Of a stretch of DNA of 64,000 bases, positions 1 to 11,196 are shown piece by piece. Position numbers and translations under genes: made by a program. The notes beneath the pieces were generated by a model. The model saw nothing but the letters and a program-made list of their open reading frames with translations. It had not been told where the DNA came from and did no database searches. How positions within the stretch are numbered: the stretch's first letter is position 1; every line of letters starts with the position of its first letter. This stretch comes from Polyangiales bacterium (lineage in GTDB: Bacteria; Myxococcota_A; Polyangia; Polyangiales; Ga0077539), in contig JBGARZ010000009.1 in NCBI GenBank assembly GCA_044229975.1, positions 283,947-347,946 of the forward strand, in the 5' to 3' direction.

Positions 1-99
1 GGTGCTGGCCACGCTGGCGGTGTCGTTCCTGCTCAAGCCCCGCGTGCAAGACCGCCCCGAGCAGCTCTCGCACCGCACCGTGAGCGCCCTCCCCGCGGT

Positions 100-831
100 G
101 TGACCGAGCACTCGGTCCGCGCCTTCGTCCTCGACCGCCGCCCCCACCGCGAGCACGACCTGCGCGTCACGCTCCTCACCGAGCACGGCGCCCGCGTCGA
201 CGCCGTCGCCCTCGGCGGCCAGCGCTCCAAGCAGCGCTTCATGGGCGCCCTCACCCCGCTCGCGCTGTACCGCGTTCGCTACACCGCCACGGCCAAGGCC
301 ACGCGCCTCGACGAGGCCGCCATCGACCGCGTCTGGCCCGCCCTCGCCCGCGGCCTTCGCTCGCAGACGTCGGCCCTCGCCGCGACGGGCATCGTGCGCG
401 CCGTCGCCGAACCCACGCCCCACGACGGCGCCCTCTTCCTGCTGCTGGGCGAGCTCTACACGGCCGCCGCCGCGACCGACGACCGCGACGAGCTGGCCGC
501 CCGCCTCGTGCGCTTCACCTTCGAGGTGCTCGACCACACCGGCCACGCCATCGCCCTCGACCGCTGCGTGCGCTGCGACACGCCCGCGCCCGACGAGGCC
601 CGCGTCACCATCGATCCGCACCTCGGCGGCATCGTGTGCCGCGGTTGCGGCGGCGGCGTCTACGCGATGAGCGCCGCCGACCGGGCCGACCTGCGCGCGG
701 TGAGAGCGGGCGCGCTCGAACGCGGACGCGCGGAGATGCTCCGCTGGACGGCGCGCATCGTCGAGGGGGTCTCGGTCGACGCCGCGGGCTCCATCGCGGG
801 CGTGGTGGAGTACTTCGACCCGCGGGGGTGA
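100..831 (+). CDS. recO: DNA repair protein RecO
   Basis: 243 aa; OB-fold N-terminus plus CxxC...CxxC zinc motif (CVRCD...CRGCGGG) typical of RecO; ends 1 nt before convergent amidase gene. Confidence 0.8.
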   Translation: MTEHSVRAFVLDRRPHREHDLRVTLLTEHGARVDAVALGGQRSKQRFMGALTPLALYRVRYTATAKATRLDEAAIDRVWPALARGLRSQTSALAATGIVRAVAEPTPHDGALFLLLGELYTAAAATDDRDELAARLVRFTFEVLDHTGHAIALDRCVRCDTPAPDEARVTIDPHLGGIVCRGCGGGVYAMSAADRADLRAVRAGALERGRAEMLRWTARIVEGVSVDAAGSIAGVVEYFDPRG

Positions 832-832
832 G

Positions 833-2290
833 TCAGCTCCACTGCGCCGGCGGAACCCAGCCGCCGAGCGCCTCTTCGAGCACCATCGACACGGCGATGG
901 GGACGTGGTCCTGGCCGCGCGGCCCGATGACCTGAACGCCCACCGGCAGCGCCCGCGCGTCGAGCCCGAGCGGCACCTGGGTCACCGGCACCTCCAGCAC
1001 GTTGAACACCCCCGTGAAGCCCGCGTCGGCGAAGCGCAGCAGCGGCGAGTGGTGCTTGGGCGCCACCCGCGGGTGCGACGGAAACAGCATCACGCTGCGC
1101 GACCCCAGCAGACCGTCGACCTGCGAGCGCAGCTTCTCGATCTGCGCCGTCATGCGCTGGAGCCGCGCCGACAGCAGCAATGGCAGATGCTCGGCGATCA
1201 CCAGGCCCAGCGCCGGGACCGTGAAGTCCGACCGGCCCGCCAGCGCCATCGGAAACTCCCGCAGCGCCCCGAGCGTGCTCATCGTCCCGCCATCACGACC
1301 CATGAACGACGCGAAGCTCACGTCGTTGCGCACATGCATCGCGGCGCTCCACAGCTCGAAGGCGTCGCGCAGGCCCGGCACCGAGGTCTTCACGATGCGC
1401 GCTCCCCGCTGCGCCAGCGCCTGCACCGCGGCCTCTTGCGCATCGAGCAGCTCGCGCTCCACGCCGCTCTGGAGGCTCTTGTCGTCGCGCACGTCGTGCA
1501 CGGTCATGCCCGAGATCTTCACGTCCGCCGGGTCGCTCAGGTGCATCGGGCGACACATCGGGTCGCCCTCGTCGGGGCCCGCGAGCAGTCGGAGCAGCGG
1601 CATCAGGTCGCGCGCGCTGCGGGTGAGCGGCCCGGTCGAGAGCATCATCCCCGCCGACCCGTACGCCTGCGGAAACTGCCCGCTCCCCGGTACCAATCCC
1701 CCCGACGGCTTGTGCCCGAACACCCCGTTGAAGAACGCCGGCATGCGGATGGACCCGCCGATGTCCGACCCGAGGCCGAAGGGCGACGCGCCGCTGCCCA
1801 CCATCGCGCCCTCACCGCCAGAGCTGCCGCCCGACGTGCGGCCCGTGTCGTAGGCGCTCGTGGTGCGACCGTAGATGCGGTTCACCGACTCCATCCACAT
1901 GCACAGCTCGGAGGTGTTGGTCACCCCCATCACGATGGCGCCCGCGTCGCGCAGGCGCTTCACCGTGGCCGCGTCGTGATCGCCCACGAGGTCGCGCCGC
2001 GAGACCAGCCCGGAGGTCCACGGCATCCCCGTCACCGAGAAGCACTCCTTGATGGTGCACGGAACACCATGCAGCAGCGGCAATCCGTCGGACCCTTGGG
2101 CGAGCTTCGCGTCGGCGGCGTCGGCCTCGGCGCGCGCGGCGTCGAAGCGGTCGCGCACCATGGCGTTGAGCTTCGGGTTGACCTTCTGGATCTGCGCGAT
2201 GTGCGACTCGACCACCTCGCGGCTGCTCACGCGGCCCGAGCGGATCGTCGCGGCAAGGTCGAGGGCGGAGGCTCGGTGGAGGTCGTTCAC
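833..2290 (-). CDS. amidase (amidase-signature family hydrolase)
   Basis: GGSSGGEGA Ser-cisSer-Lys signature region; ORF extends to 2368 but a GTG at 2290 (VNDLHRAS...) leaves room for the divergent hisS promoter, so start is uncertain. Confidence 0.75.
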   Translation of the reverse strand: MNDLHRASALDLAATIRSGRVSSREVVESHIAQIQKVNPKLNAMVRDRFDAARAEADAADAKLAQGSDGLPLLHGVPCTIKECFSVTGMPWTSGLVSRRDLVGDHDAATVKRLRDAGAIVMGVTNTSELCMWMESVNRIYGRTTSAYDTGRTSGGSSGGEGAMVGSGASPFGLGSDIGGSIRMPAFFNGVFGHKPSGGLVPGSGQFPQAYGSAGMMLSTGPLTRSARDLMPLLRLLAGPDEGDPMCRPMHLSDPADVKISGMTVHDVRDDKSLQSGVERELLDAQEAAVQALAQRGARIVKTSVPGLRDAFELWSAAMHVRNDVSFASFMGRDGGTMSTLGALREFPMALAGRSDFTVPALGLVIAEHLPLLLSARLQRMTAQIEKLRSQVDGLLGSRSVMLFPSHPRVAPKHHSPLLRFADAGFTGVFNVLEVPVTQVPLGLDARALPVGVQVIGPRGQDHVPIAVSMVLEEALGGWVPPAQWS

Positions 2291-2398
2291 GGTGGGCGGT
2301 GGACGTTTCCGCGAGGCGCGCTCTCCCGTCAAGCGCCGCACGCGCCGGGACGCCTTGACCCCCCGCACGGAACCCGTCTACACCCCGCACCCGATTCC

Positions 2399-3706
<1,308 letters not shown>

Positions 3707-3711
3707 GGCCC

Positions 3712-5391
3712 ATGCGATCGTCCACCTCCGTTACGACCGGGGCGCTGCTCCTCGCCCTGACGCTCGGCGCCTCGACCGCTCGCGCGCAGACTGATGGTGG
3801 CGTCGCACCGACCAACGACCCCACCTCCAACGAGCCTCCGGCCGGCGAGCCCGGCGCCAACGAGTCCGTCCCCGGCGCAGAGCCCGCCGCGACGGCCGAA
3901 CCCGCCGCCGAGCCCGCGAGCGCCGACCCCGAACCCGCCGCCACGACGAGCTCGCCCGCACGCCCAGCGCCGACCGTCCCGCCGCTCACCGCCGAGGCGC
4001 AGGCCACGCTGGGCGTCGCGCCCGGAGCCGTTCCCGCGTGGCCCGACCCCGATCGCCTCGTGCATCGAACGCTCGTCCCGCCGTTCCTGTTGTTGGAGCG
4101 CAGCGCCAATCGGCGCACGACGGTGGTGTTCCCGTTCTTCTTCCGTGATCGGCGTGGGCAGGACACCTCGCTGCTCATCCCGCCGTACTTCCAGTACCGC
4201 TCGCCCACGGCGCGCACCGACGTGGTGTTCCCGCTCTACTTCCGTTGGCGCGGCCTGCTCGACGACGGCGGGCGCTTCGCGACGGACATCATTCCCCCCG
4301 TGTATGTGCACTCGTGGGAAGGCCCCGGGCGCGCCCACGGATCAGCCTTCGGCGTCGCCCCGCTCTTCTTCTACGGCGACTCCTTCGACCGCACCGGCGC
4401 GCTCGCCCGCGAGCACCTCGTCATCCCGCCGCTGCTCACCTATCACACGTGGCGGCCCGAACACGCCCTCACCATCGCGGGCCCGTTCTTCTACGACCGC
4501 CTGCGCAACGACACCGACTGGGGCCTCGCGCCGCTCGTCTTCGGCGGCAGCGATCTCACCAGCCGCTACCTGCTCATTCCCCCGCTGCTGACCTATCACA
4601 CCAGCAACCGCGTCGAAGGGACCGACACCACCGTCGTCGGGCCGTTCTGGACCACGGGTACGCCCGAGAGCCGGTCGTTCAACCTCGCGCCGCTCTTCTT
4701 CCACCGGCACGACCGCACGACGTCGCGCACGACCTTCTTCCCGCTCTTCCACACGTACTCGGGGCCCAACGAGCGCACGCTCGTGACGCCGCTCTTCGTG
4801 TACGACCGCGAGGGCGACACCTCGACGCTCGTCACGCCGCTCTACCAGCGGCACCGCGGAGCGACCAACTGGGACGCGGTCGCGCCGTTCTTCTACTCCT
4901 CGCGCGAGCCGCGGACGGGCGCGCACAGCGAGGCGTTCTTCCCGCTCTTCTATCACCGCTCGACGCAGGCCACGAACACCTGGTGGGTGCTGCCCACCAT
5001 CCACAGCCACAGCGAGCCGGGCAGCTCGTACCTCAACATCTATCCCCTCGTGTACACGGGCCACGATGGGCCGCGTCGCCACACGGTGGTCGCGCCCTTC
5101 CTCTTCGACTTCGCCAACAGCGAGACGGGCACCCGGTCGACGGTGGTCACGCCGCTCTTCTGGCGCTTCAGCACGCCCGACTCGGTGCACATGCTCGCGG
5201 GCAACTTCCTCTGGATCTCGCACGTCCGCGAGGGCGTGCGCTCGTACGAGTGGCACCTGCTGCCGATCTTCTCGTACGCCCGCCCGCGCCCCGAAGACCT
5301 CTCGTGGAACGTGCTCTTCGGCCTCGTCGGCTACCGCCGCCAGGGCACCCACAGCCAGCTCCGGCTCTTCTACATCCCGATCAACCTGTAG
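3712..5391 (+). CDS. secreted tandem-repeat protein of unknown function (about 22 short PLF/PLY repeats)
   Basis: signal peptide (ALLLALTLGASTARA), Pro/Ala-rich linker, then about 22 units of 16-20 aa with consensus P-[LF]-[FY]-x(10-14)-[VL]; no recognisable family. Confidence 0.6.
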   Translation: MRSSTSVTTGALLLALTLGASTARAQTDGGVAPTNDPTSNEPPAGEPGANESVPGAEPAATAEPAAEPASADPEPAATTSSPARPAPTVPPLTAEAQATLGVAPGAVPAWPDPDRLVHRTLVPPFLLLERSANRRTTVVFPFFFRDRRGQDTSLLIPPYFQYRSPTARTDVVFPLYFRWRGLLDDGGRFATDIIPPVYVHSWEGPGRAHGSAFGVAPLFFYGDSFDRTGALAREHLVIPPLLTYHTWRPEHALTIAGPFFYDRLRNDTDWGLAPLVFGGSDLTSRYLLIPPLLTYHTSNRVEGTDTTVVGPFWTTGTPESRSFNLAPLFFHRHDRTTSRTTFFPLFHTYSGPNERTLVTPLFVYDREGDTSTLVTPLYQRHRGATNWDAVAPFFYSSREPRTGAHSEAFFPLFYHRSTQATNTWWVLPTIHSHSEPGSSYLNIYPLVYTGHDGPRRHTVVAPFLFDFANSETGTRSTVVTPLFWRFSTPDSVHMLAGNFLWISHVREGVRSYEWHLLPIFSYARPRPEDLSWNVLFGLVGYRRQGTHSQLRLFYIPINL

Positions 5392-5619
5392 AACCCCGCG
5401 GCGGTGCCCGTGCCCGCGTTCTGTCACTGATGTCGGGTCGCGCCGACACTAGTGCCCGTCGGGATGCGCCGACAAGCGTGGATCGATCTGCGACGCCGTT
5501 GCACTGGGGGCGTCAGGTCGCCGCACGGCGCCACGCGTGGACGCGTGCACCCATCGGGCACGCACCGAGGCGGCACGTTTCGTGGTTGTCCCGGGCGACC
5601 TCTCACGTAGGACAACCCC

Positions 5620-6270
5620 ATGCGCACACACACCCAAGAGACCCAGGCGACCATTACTCCCGAGAAGGCCCTCGCGTTCCTGAAAGAGGGCAACGAGCGC
5701 TTCCGCGCCAGCCTCCAGGTGAGCCGCAATCTGCTCCAGCAGGTCAACGAGACGCGGGACGGGCAGTTTCCCTTCGCGACCATTCTGAGCTGCATCGACA
5801 GCCGCACGAGCGCCGAGCTCATCTTCGACCAGGGGCTCGGCGACATCTTCAGCATCCGCCTCGCGGGCAACGTCGTGAACGAGGACGTCCTCGGGTCGAT
5901 GGAGTTCTCGTGCCGCATCGCCGGGTCGCGCCTCGTCGTGGTGCTCGGTCACTCCCACTGCGGCGCCATCAAGGGGGCCTGCGACGGGGCGCAGCTCGGC
6001 AACCTCTCCACGCTGCTCAACAAGATCCAGCCGGCCGTCTACCGCGAGCGGACCGAGACGCGCGACCGCTCCTCGAAAAACGCCGAGTTCGTCGAGCGGG
6101 TGGCCGAGATCCACGTGCGCCGCTCGGTCGCCACGATCGTCGAGCAGAGCGTCGTGCTGCGCGAGATGATCGAGACCGGCCGCGTCGCCCTGGTCGGCGG
6201 GATGTACTCCGTGGAGACCGGCGCCGTGACCTTCCTCGACGACACCCTCCGCGCGGGCGCCCTGACCTGA
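5620..6270 (+). CDS. can: beta-class carbonic anhydrase
   Basis: CIDSR and HSHCGA zinc-ligand motifs of beta-CA; 216 aa. Confidence 0.85.
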   Translation: MRTHTQETQATITPEKALAFLKEGNERFRASLQVSRNLLQQVNETRDGQFPFATILSCIDSRTSAELIFDQGLGDIFSIRLAGNVVNEDVLGSMEFSCRIAGSRLVVVLGHSHCGAIKGACDGAQLGNLSTLLNKIQPAVYRERTETRDRSSKNAEFVERVAEIHVRRSVATIVEQSVVLREMIETGRVALVGGMYSVETGAVTFLDDTLRAGALT

Positions 6271-6348
6271 AGAGGTATTGATCCATGTCTCCCGCCAGCA
6301 CCGCGGGTCGCACACCCGCCGTCCTGGGTGCATAGGGAGACCGGCTCA

Positions 6349-7348
6349 TGTTCCCCTCGGGGTGAACGCCCCCTTCCGGGGAGCTCCGGTTGGAGGTACG
6401 GATCAGGCACGATGCTGTTCCCGATCGACGACCTGCTGGACGAGGGCGCGTGCTACCGGCTGCTGCTGGAGGCGATCCACCCGGAGGGCCTCCGCTGCCC
6501 CGAGGGACACGAGCTACCCGACGATCAAGCGCCCCATGATCGTCACCGTGAGCCCGTGGTGGACTACCGCTGTCGCGCCTGCGGCAAGGTCTTCAACGTG
6601 TTCACCGGCACGCCGCTTCAGGGAGTGCGCTTCTCGTCCCCGCGATTGGTCATGATCCTGCGCGGCTTCTGTCAGGGCGTTACTACGCTGCATCTGTCGC
6701 AGGAGCTTGGTGTCGGTCGACGCAACCTGCTCCGACTGCGACACCGCGTTCAGGGCATGGCGCTTGAACGCTTTTCCCCCCTGCGCCCTGCCCGATCGTC
6801 TCGTGGAAGCCGACGAGATGTACCAGAACGCCGGGGAGAAGGGCCGCCCCCATCCCGATCCCGATGACCCACCGCGTCGGCGCGGCCATCACTTCAATGG
6901 ACATGGCACTTTCGACAACGATCGCCCGCCCATTCTCGGAGTGATTGGCCGGGAGTCCGGTCAAGTGTTCCTGCGGCAGACGTATCGCAGCACGGTGAAG
7001 GCGATCGAGCCCGTGGTCCTGCGCGTGACGGACCCCGGCACCGAGGTCCACACCGATGAGTGGCATGCCTACGACGACCTAGACGACCGAGGTCGAACGC
7101 GCTTCTCGGTCAACCACAAGCGCAAGGAGTGGGCGCGCGACGATGATGGGGACGGCATCCGAGAGGTGCACTCCAACACCATCGAGGGCTTCTGGCTCGG
7201 CCTGCGGAACTACCTCCGACCCTTCCGCGGCGTGAGCAAGTGGAACCTCGACCTCTACCTGGCCTTCTACCAAGGCATGCACAACTTCCGGCACGACTTC
7301 CTGGGCTTCCTCGCCCAGCTGCTCAGGCCCATCACCCCGAGGGGAACA
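6349..7348 (+). mobile_element. IS1595-family (ISXO2-like) insertion sequence, about 1.0 kb, 17-bp perfect terminal inverted repeats TGTTCCCCTCGGGGTGA
   Basis: perfect 17-bp inverted repeat at 6349-6365 and 7332-7348 bracketing an ISXO2-like transposase; inserted directly after the can stop codon. Confidence 0.6.
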
Positions 7349-7402
7349 CGAGCCGGCGCCCCTTACGCCTTGGGCGCCCGCCTCGGGGCGCGGCGACGCT
7401 GA
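6412..7402 (+). pseudogene. IS1595-family transposase disrupted by a +1 frameshift (zinc-ribbon N-part 6412..6867, DDE ISXO2-like part 6707..7402)
   Basis: N-terminal CxxC...CxxC zinc-ribbon ORF and a DDE ORF with VEADEMY/HTDEW/NTIEGFW motifs overlap in different frames (6707..6867); the C-terminal ORF runs through the right IR to a stop at 7402. Confidence 0.6.
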
Positions 7403-8028
7403 TGGGCGTCGCCTTCCTTTTGCGCACCGCCGGGCAGTGCTTGCGACGTCACGGACGTCGGGCTCGCGAGACGGATGGCAGCGCGGACACCCGCTTCGAG
7501 GATGGCGTCGGACTCCGCGCGGTCGGGCGTTGCGCGCGCGAGCTGCAGCGTACCGGAAAGAAGCCCCAGGAGCGCCGCCGCGTCGGCGCGGGTCACCTCG
7601 TCGCCTCGACGTGACGACAGCCAGGCGGCGAGCGCGTCGAGGGTCGGCGCGTTGTGGGATGCAAACGCGCTCCGCGTCGCACGCGGATGCCTCGCGACCT
7701 CCGAGGCCAACGACGCGACCGGGCAACCCGTCCCCGCCGCGTCGCGGTGCTCGGGGCTCAGGTAGGAGCGAACCACCGCTTCGAGCTCAGCCCCCTGGAG
7801 CGTCTGTTCGAAGGCCGCATGCCGCTGGTCGAGCGCGCGAAGGAGGGCGTCTCGGACCAGCGCCTCCTTCGATTTGAAGTGGGTGTAGAAGGTGCCGACC
7901 GTCAGGTCGGCCTCAGCCATGATCTTCGCAAGGCCGACGGCCGCGACGCCGTGCCCACGAAAGAGGCGCGATGCGACCTCGACGATCCGTTCGCGCGTCC
8001 GGTCGTTGTGTTGCGGGGCGTATCGCAT
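7363..8028 (-). CDS. TetR/AcrR family transcriptional regulator
   Basis: N-terminal HTH (RERIVEVASRLFRGHGVAAVGLAKIMAEADLTVGTFYTHFKSKEAL); 3' end overlaps the read-through transposase ORF. Confidence 0.8.
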   Translation of the reverse strand: MRYAPQHNDRTRERIVEVASRLFRGHGVAAVGLAKIMAEADLTVGTFYTHFKSKEALVRDALLRALDQRHAAFEQTLQGAELEAVVRSYLSPEHRDAAGTGCPVASLASEVARHPRATRSAFASHNAPTLDALAAWLSSRRGDEVTRADAAALLGLLSGTLQLARATPDRAESDAILEAGVRAAIRLASPTSVTSQALPGGAQKEGDAHQRRRAPRRAPKA

Positions 8029-8044
8029 CGAAGCAACCTGCTCC

Positions 8045-9046
8045 TCACTTGACCCTTATCACGACCTTGCCCTTCGCCCTCCCGGTTTCGACGTACGCAA
8101 GCGCCTCATTGGTCGACTGGAACGGAAAGACCTTGTCCACCACCGGACGAACGGCGCCGGCCTCGATGAGGGTAGCTATCTCTCGCAGCTGGTCTCCGCT
8201 CGCCTTCATGAAGAGAAATGAAAACGTGGCGCCGAGGCTCCTGGCCCTTCGCCGCGTACCAGCGCTCAAGAGCCGCATGATGAGCTTCACGAACCACGGC
8301 GCGCCGATCTCTTCCGCGAACTCCGGGGTGGGCGGACCCGAGATCGAGACGAGACGGCCGCCCGGACGCAATACCCGCAAGGACTTCGCGAGCGCCTTGC
8401 CGTCCTGGCTGTGCAGGACCACGTCGTAGCCGCTCAGCCTGGTCTCGAAGTCCTCCGTCTTGTAGTCCACGACGACGTCCGCGCCGAGACCGCGAACCAT
8501 GTCGACGTTCGACGTGCTGGTCGTGGTCGCGACCGTGGCGCCCAGGTGCTTCGCCAGCTGGATGGCGAACGTGCCGACCCCGCCCGAGCCCGCTTGAATG
8601 AAGACCCTCTGGCCCCGCGCCAGCTGCCCTCGGTCAACGAGCGCCTGCCACGCCGTCAAGCCCACCAGCGGGACGGACGCCGCCTCCTCCATCGTGAGGT
8701 TCGTGGGCTTCAACGCCACGTCGGCCTCCCGTACCGCGATGAGCTCCGCGAAGGTGCCGATGCGATGATCGGACGGTCGAGCGTAGACCTCGTCACCCGG
8801 CTTGAAGCGCTTCACGTTCGCACCGACGCGAGCGACGACGCCGGCGACGTCGTGACCCAGCACCAGGGGTGTGCGGTAGGGCAGGATGAGCTTGAACTCA
8901 CCGTTTCGAAGCTTCGAATCCAGTAGGTTCACGCCGGCGGCGTGGACCTCGACGAGGACATCGTCGGGCCCCGGCGCCGGGTCGGCGACCTCGCACGCCC
9001 GCAGCGCGACCTTGCTCCCATAACGATCGAGGACAAACGCTCTCAT
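8045..9046 (-). CDS. NADPH:quinone oxidoreductase (MDR superfamily, zinc-independent)
   Basis: GroES-like N-domain and Rossmann AGSGGVG motif; 16 bp upstream of tetR, same strand. Confidence 0.8.
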   Translation of the reverse strand: MRAFVLDRYGSKVALRACEVADPAPGPDDVLVEVHAAGVNLLDSKLRNGEFKLILPYRTPLVLGHDVAGVVARVGANVKRFKPGDEVYARPSDHRIGTFAELIAVREADVALKPTNLTMEEAASVPLVGLTAWQALVDRGQLARGQRVFIQAGSGGVGTFAIQLAKHLGATVATTTSTSNVDMVRGLGADVVVDYKTEDFETRLSGYDVVLHSQDGKALAKSLRVLRPGGRLVSISGPPTPEFAEEIGAPWFVKLIMRLLSAGTRRRARSLGATFSFLFMKASGDQLREIATLIEAGAVRPVVDKVFPFQSTNEALAYVETGRAKGKVVIRVK

Positions 9047-9262
9047 CGATTTCTTCCTTCCTGCTTTCTCATGTGAAGTTGCTGACGGCCCGCGTGAGCC
9101 GTGGGCTGCCCTCTGCTCTCAAGGGATTCCTCGCGCCGGGCCGCGCGAGGGCCGCACCGACGCACCTCGATGGGCGGGCCACCCGCGCGCTTGCGAATCT
9201 CGACGGCTGCAGATCCGCTCGTGGCGCTCTCCTCATCTGCGAATCGGTGCTGGGAGCGTCGC

Positions 9263-10123
9263 TCACTGATCGAGGAATTCGAGCGCGACAGGGATGAACT
9301 GATCGTGGAACTGGAAGATCGCGCCGTGGCCGGAGTCCGGGTAGATGATCAGCCTGGACCCCGGGATGCGATGGAGGAGGTCTTCCGACAAGACCGAGGG
9401 CACCATCCGGTCGTTGTCACCATTGGCGATGAGGGTGGGCTGGGTGATCTTGGACAGTTCGGCGGGCGCCGAACGTCCCCATCTCTTGATTGCCGACAGC
9501 TGCGTCATGAATGCCTTCACCTTGATCGGCGCGTCACGGTCGGCGGTGCGCTCCGCGAGTCGCCGCACGAACGCCTTCGCGGCTTGCTTGCCGACGACGT
9601 TGCGGTTGAAGAAGAGAAACTCCTTCGGGTCAGACGCGGTCAGCGTCGCGCGCAGCATGTCGAGGTAGGTGGTCCCGGCGACCTTGTCGATGTCCTTGCC
9701 GCCAGCGGGCCCGGTGCCCGTGAGGATGAGCTTGCGGACGAGCTCCGGGTGCCTGGCTACGAGGGCCTGCGCGACCATGCCACCCAGGGAGAAGGAGAAG
9801 ATGTCGACCTGGTCGAAGCCGAGCGCCTTGATGAAGGTGACCGCGTCGTCGGCCATCGCCTCGATGCTGTCGGGAACCTCGCCGCTCGATGCACCGACTC
9901 CGCGGTTGTCGAAGGTGATGACGTGGTGGTCTCTGGCGATGGGGTCGACGATGCGCGGGTCCCAGTTGTCGAGGGTCGCCGCGAGATGAACGAAGAAGAC
10001 GACGGGCGTCCCGCCCTTCGGCCCCAGCTCGCGGTAGGCGTACGTGACGCCGCCGGCGGCGATGGTGCGGGTGGGCGCCCGCGCGTACGATGAGACGACG
10101 GGCTCGGTGCTGGTGTCGCTCAT
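9263..10123 (-). CDS. alpha/beta-fold hydrolase
   Basis: HGxxxxxxxW..., nucleophile elbow SFSLGG, C-terminal DSGHG(His) triad pattern. Confidence 0.8.
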   Translation of the reverse strand: MSDTSTEPVVSSYARAPTRTIAAGGVTYAYRELGPKGGTPVVFFVHLAATLDNWDPRIVDPIARDHHVITFDNRGVGASSGEVPDSIEAMADDAVTFIKALGFDQVDIFSFSLGGMVAQALVARHPELVRKLILTGTGPAGGKDIDKVAGTTYLDMLRATLTASDPKEFLFFNRNVVGKQAAKAFVRRLAERTADRDAPIKVKAFMTQLSAIKRWGRSAPAELSKITQPTLIANGDNDRMVPSVLSEDLLHRIPGSRLIIYPDSGHGAIFQFHDQFIPVALEFLDQ

Positions 10124-10953
10124 GACGTCGCTCCGCTCGCCGCCGCCACGGGCAGGTCAAGCCTCAAGTCCCTTCGAATCCCCATATCCAACAGGCCGGG
10201 CGCAATTCGGCGCAGCAACTGGACGGTCGCGATGCGCCCTACCGGGTATCGCAGCTTCGGCCGAGCCGCGCTGGCGGCCGTGAGCACGACCTCGGCGACC
10301 GCCTCGGGCGCGTCGCCAGCGGCCACGACCTCCAGGTACCGCTTGTTGAGGGCGGCGCGAGTCGCCCGGTATTCGTCGATCTTCGAGTCGGGCTCGAGCA
10401 GGTTCGCGTCGAAGGGCGTCTTCGTGACACCGGGTTCGATGACGACGACACGAATGCCCCGCGTCCGCAGCTCGTGGTCGAGCGACTCGGAGTAGCCTTC
10501 GAGTGCGTGCTTCGACGCCGAATAGATCGCCATGTACGGCATGGGGACGAGGCCGAGCCCTGACCCGATGTTGAGGATGCGACCGGCCGCCTGACGCCGC
10601 ATGTGGGGCACCACAGCGCGGGTCATCCGAACGGTACCGAAGAAGTTCGTGTCGAAGATCGACCGGGCCTGCGCGACCGAGCTCTCTTCGTCGCCGGCGA
10701 GACCGACGCCGAGCCCCGCGTTGTTCACGAGCAGGTCGATGCGGCCGGCCCTGCGCAGCACTTCGCTGACCACGGCCTGGACGGACGCGTCGCTCGTCAC
10801 GTCGAGGGCCAGCATCTCGAACGCCTGCTTCCCAGCCGCGGCTCCGCGCCTGCTCGTCCCATAGACGGCATAGCCGACCGCTGCCAGCCGCGTCGCCGTG
10901 GCCGCCCCAATGCCCGATGACGCCCCCGTAACCAGGGCCACCTTGTTGTTCAT
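10120..10953 (-). CDS. short-chain dehydrogenase/reductase (SDR)
   Basis: TGASSGIG cofactor motif, NNAG, YSASK catalytic motif; internal Met at 10953 chosen as start; 4-bp overlap with hydrolase gene. Confidence 0.8.
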   Translation of the reverse strand: MNNKVALVTGASSGIGAATATRLAAVGYAVYGTSRRGAAAGKQAFEMLALDVTSDASVQAVVSEVLRRAGRIDLLVNNAGLGVGLAGDEESSVAQARSIFDTNFFGTVRMTRAVVPHMRRQAAGRILNIGSGLGLVPMPYMAIYSASKHALEGYSESLDHELRTRGIRVVVIEPGVTKTPFDANLLEPDSKIDEYRATRAALNKRYLEVVAAGDAPEAVAEVVLTAASAARPKLRYPVGRIATVQLLRRIAPGLLDMGIRRDLRLDLPVAAASGATS

Positions 10954-11196
10954 CACGCCTTCCTCCTCGCAGCCTCGATCGTCCATGCAACGGATGCGCG
11001 TCGCCGACCCGCGTCAGCCCTCTCGCTCGGGAGCGCACGGTGCCGTGCTCCGCCCTATTGCAGTACAACCATAATGCAACCAGCGCACGTGTCAAGCGCG
11101 ACGGCGGCTGGACCTCCATGACTGCGCGATCGCGCTGTGGGAGCCCGATCACTCCGACCTCGTCGTCGAGCGGCTCGCGCGGCGTGGTCGTGGAGC

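Noticed and set aside
905-2398. 5' two-thirds of the 933-aa ORF 905..3706
   Set aside because: Antisense to the amidase gene; only the HisS part from ATG 2399 has protein-like sequence. Many similar long ORFs (for example 1002..1853, 2813..3688, 4245..6281, 12283..14202, 13970..15499, 35702..36589, 39235..40539, 40524..42581, 46802..48280) are Arg/Ala/Pro-rich artefacts of about 70% GC opposite real genes.
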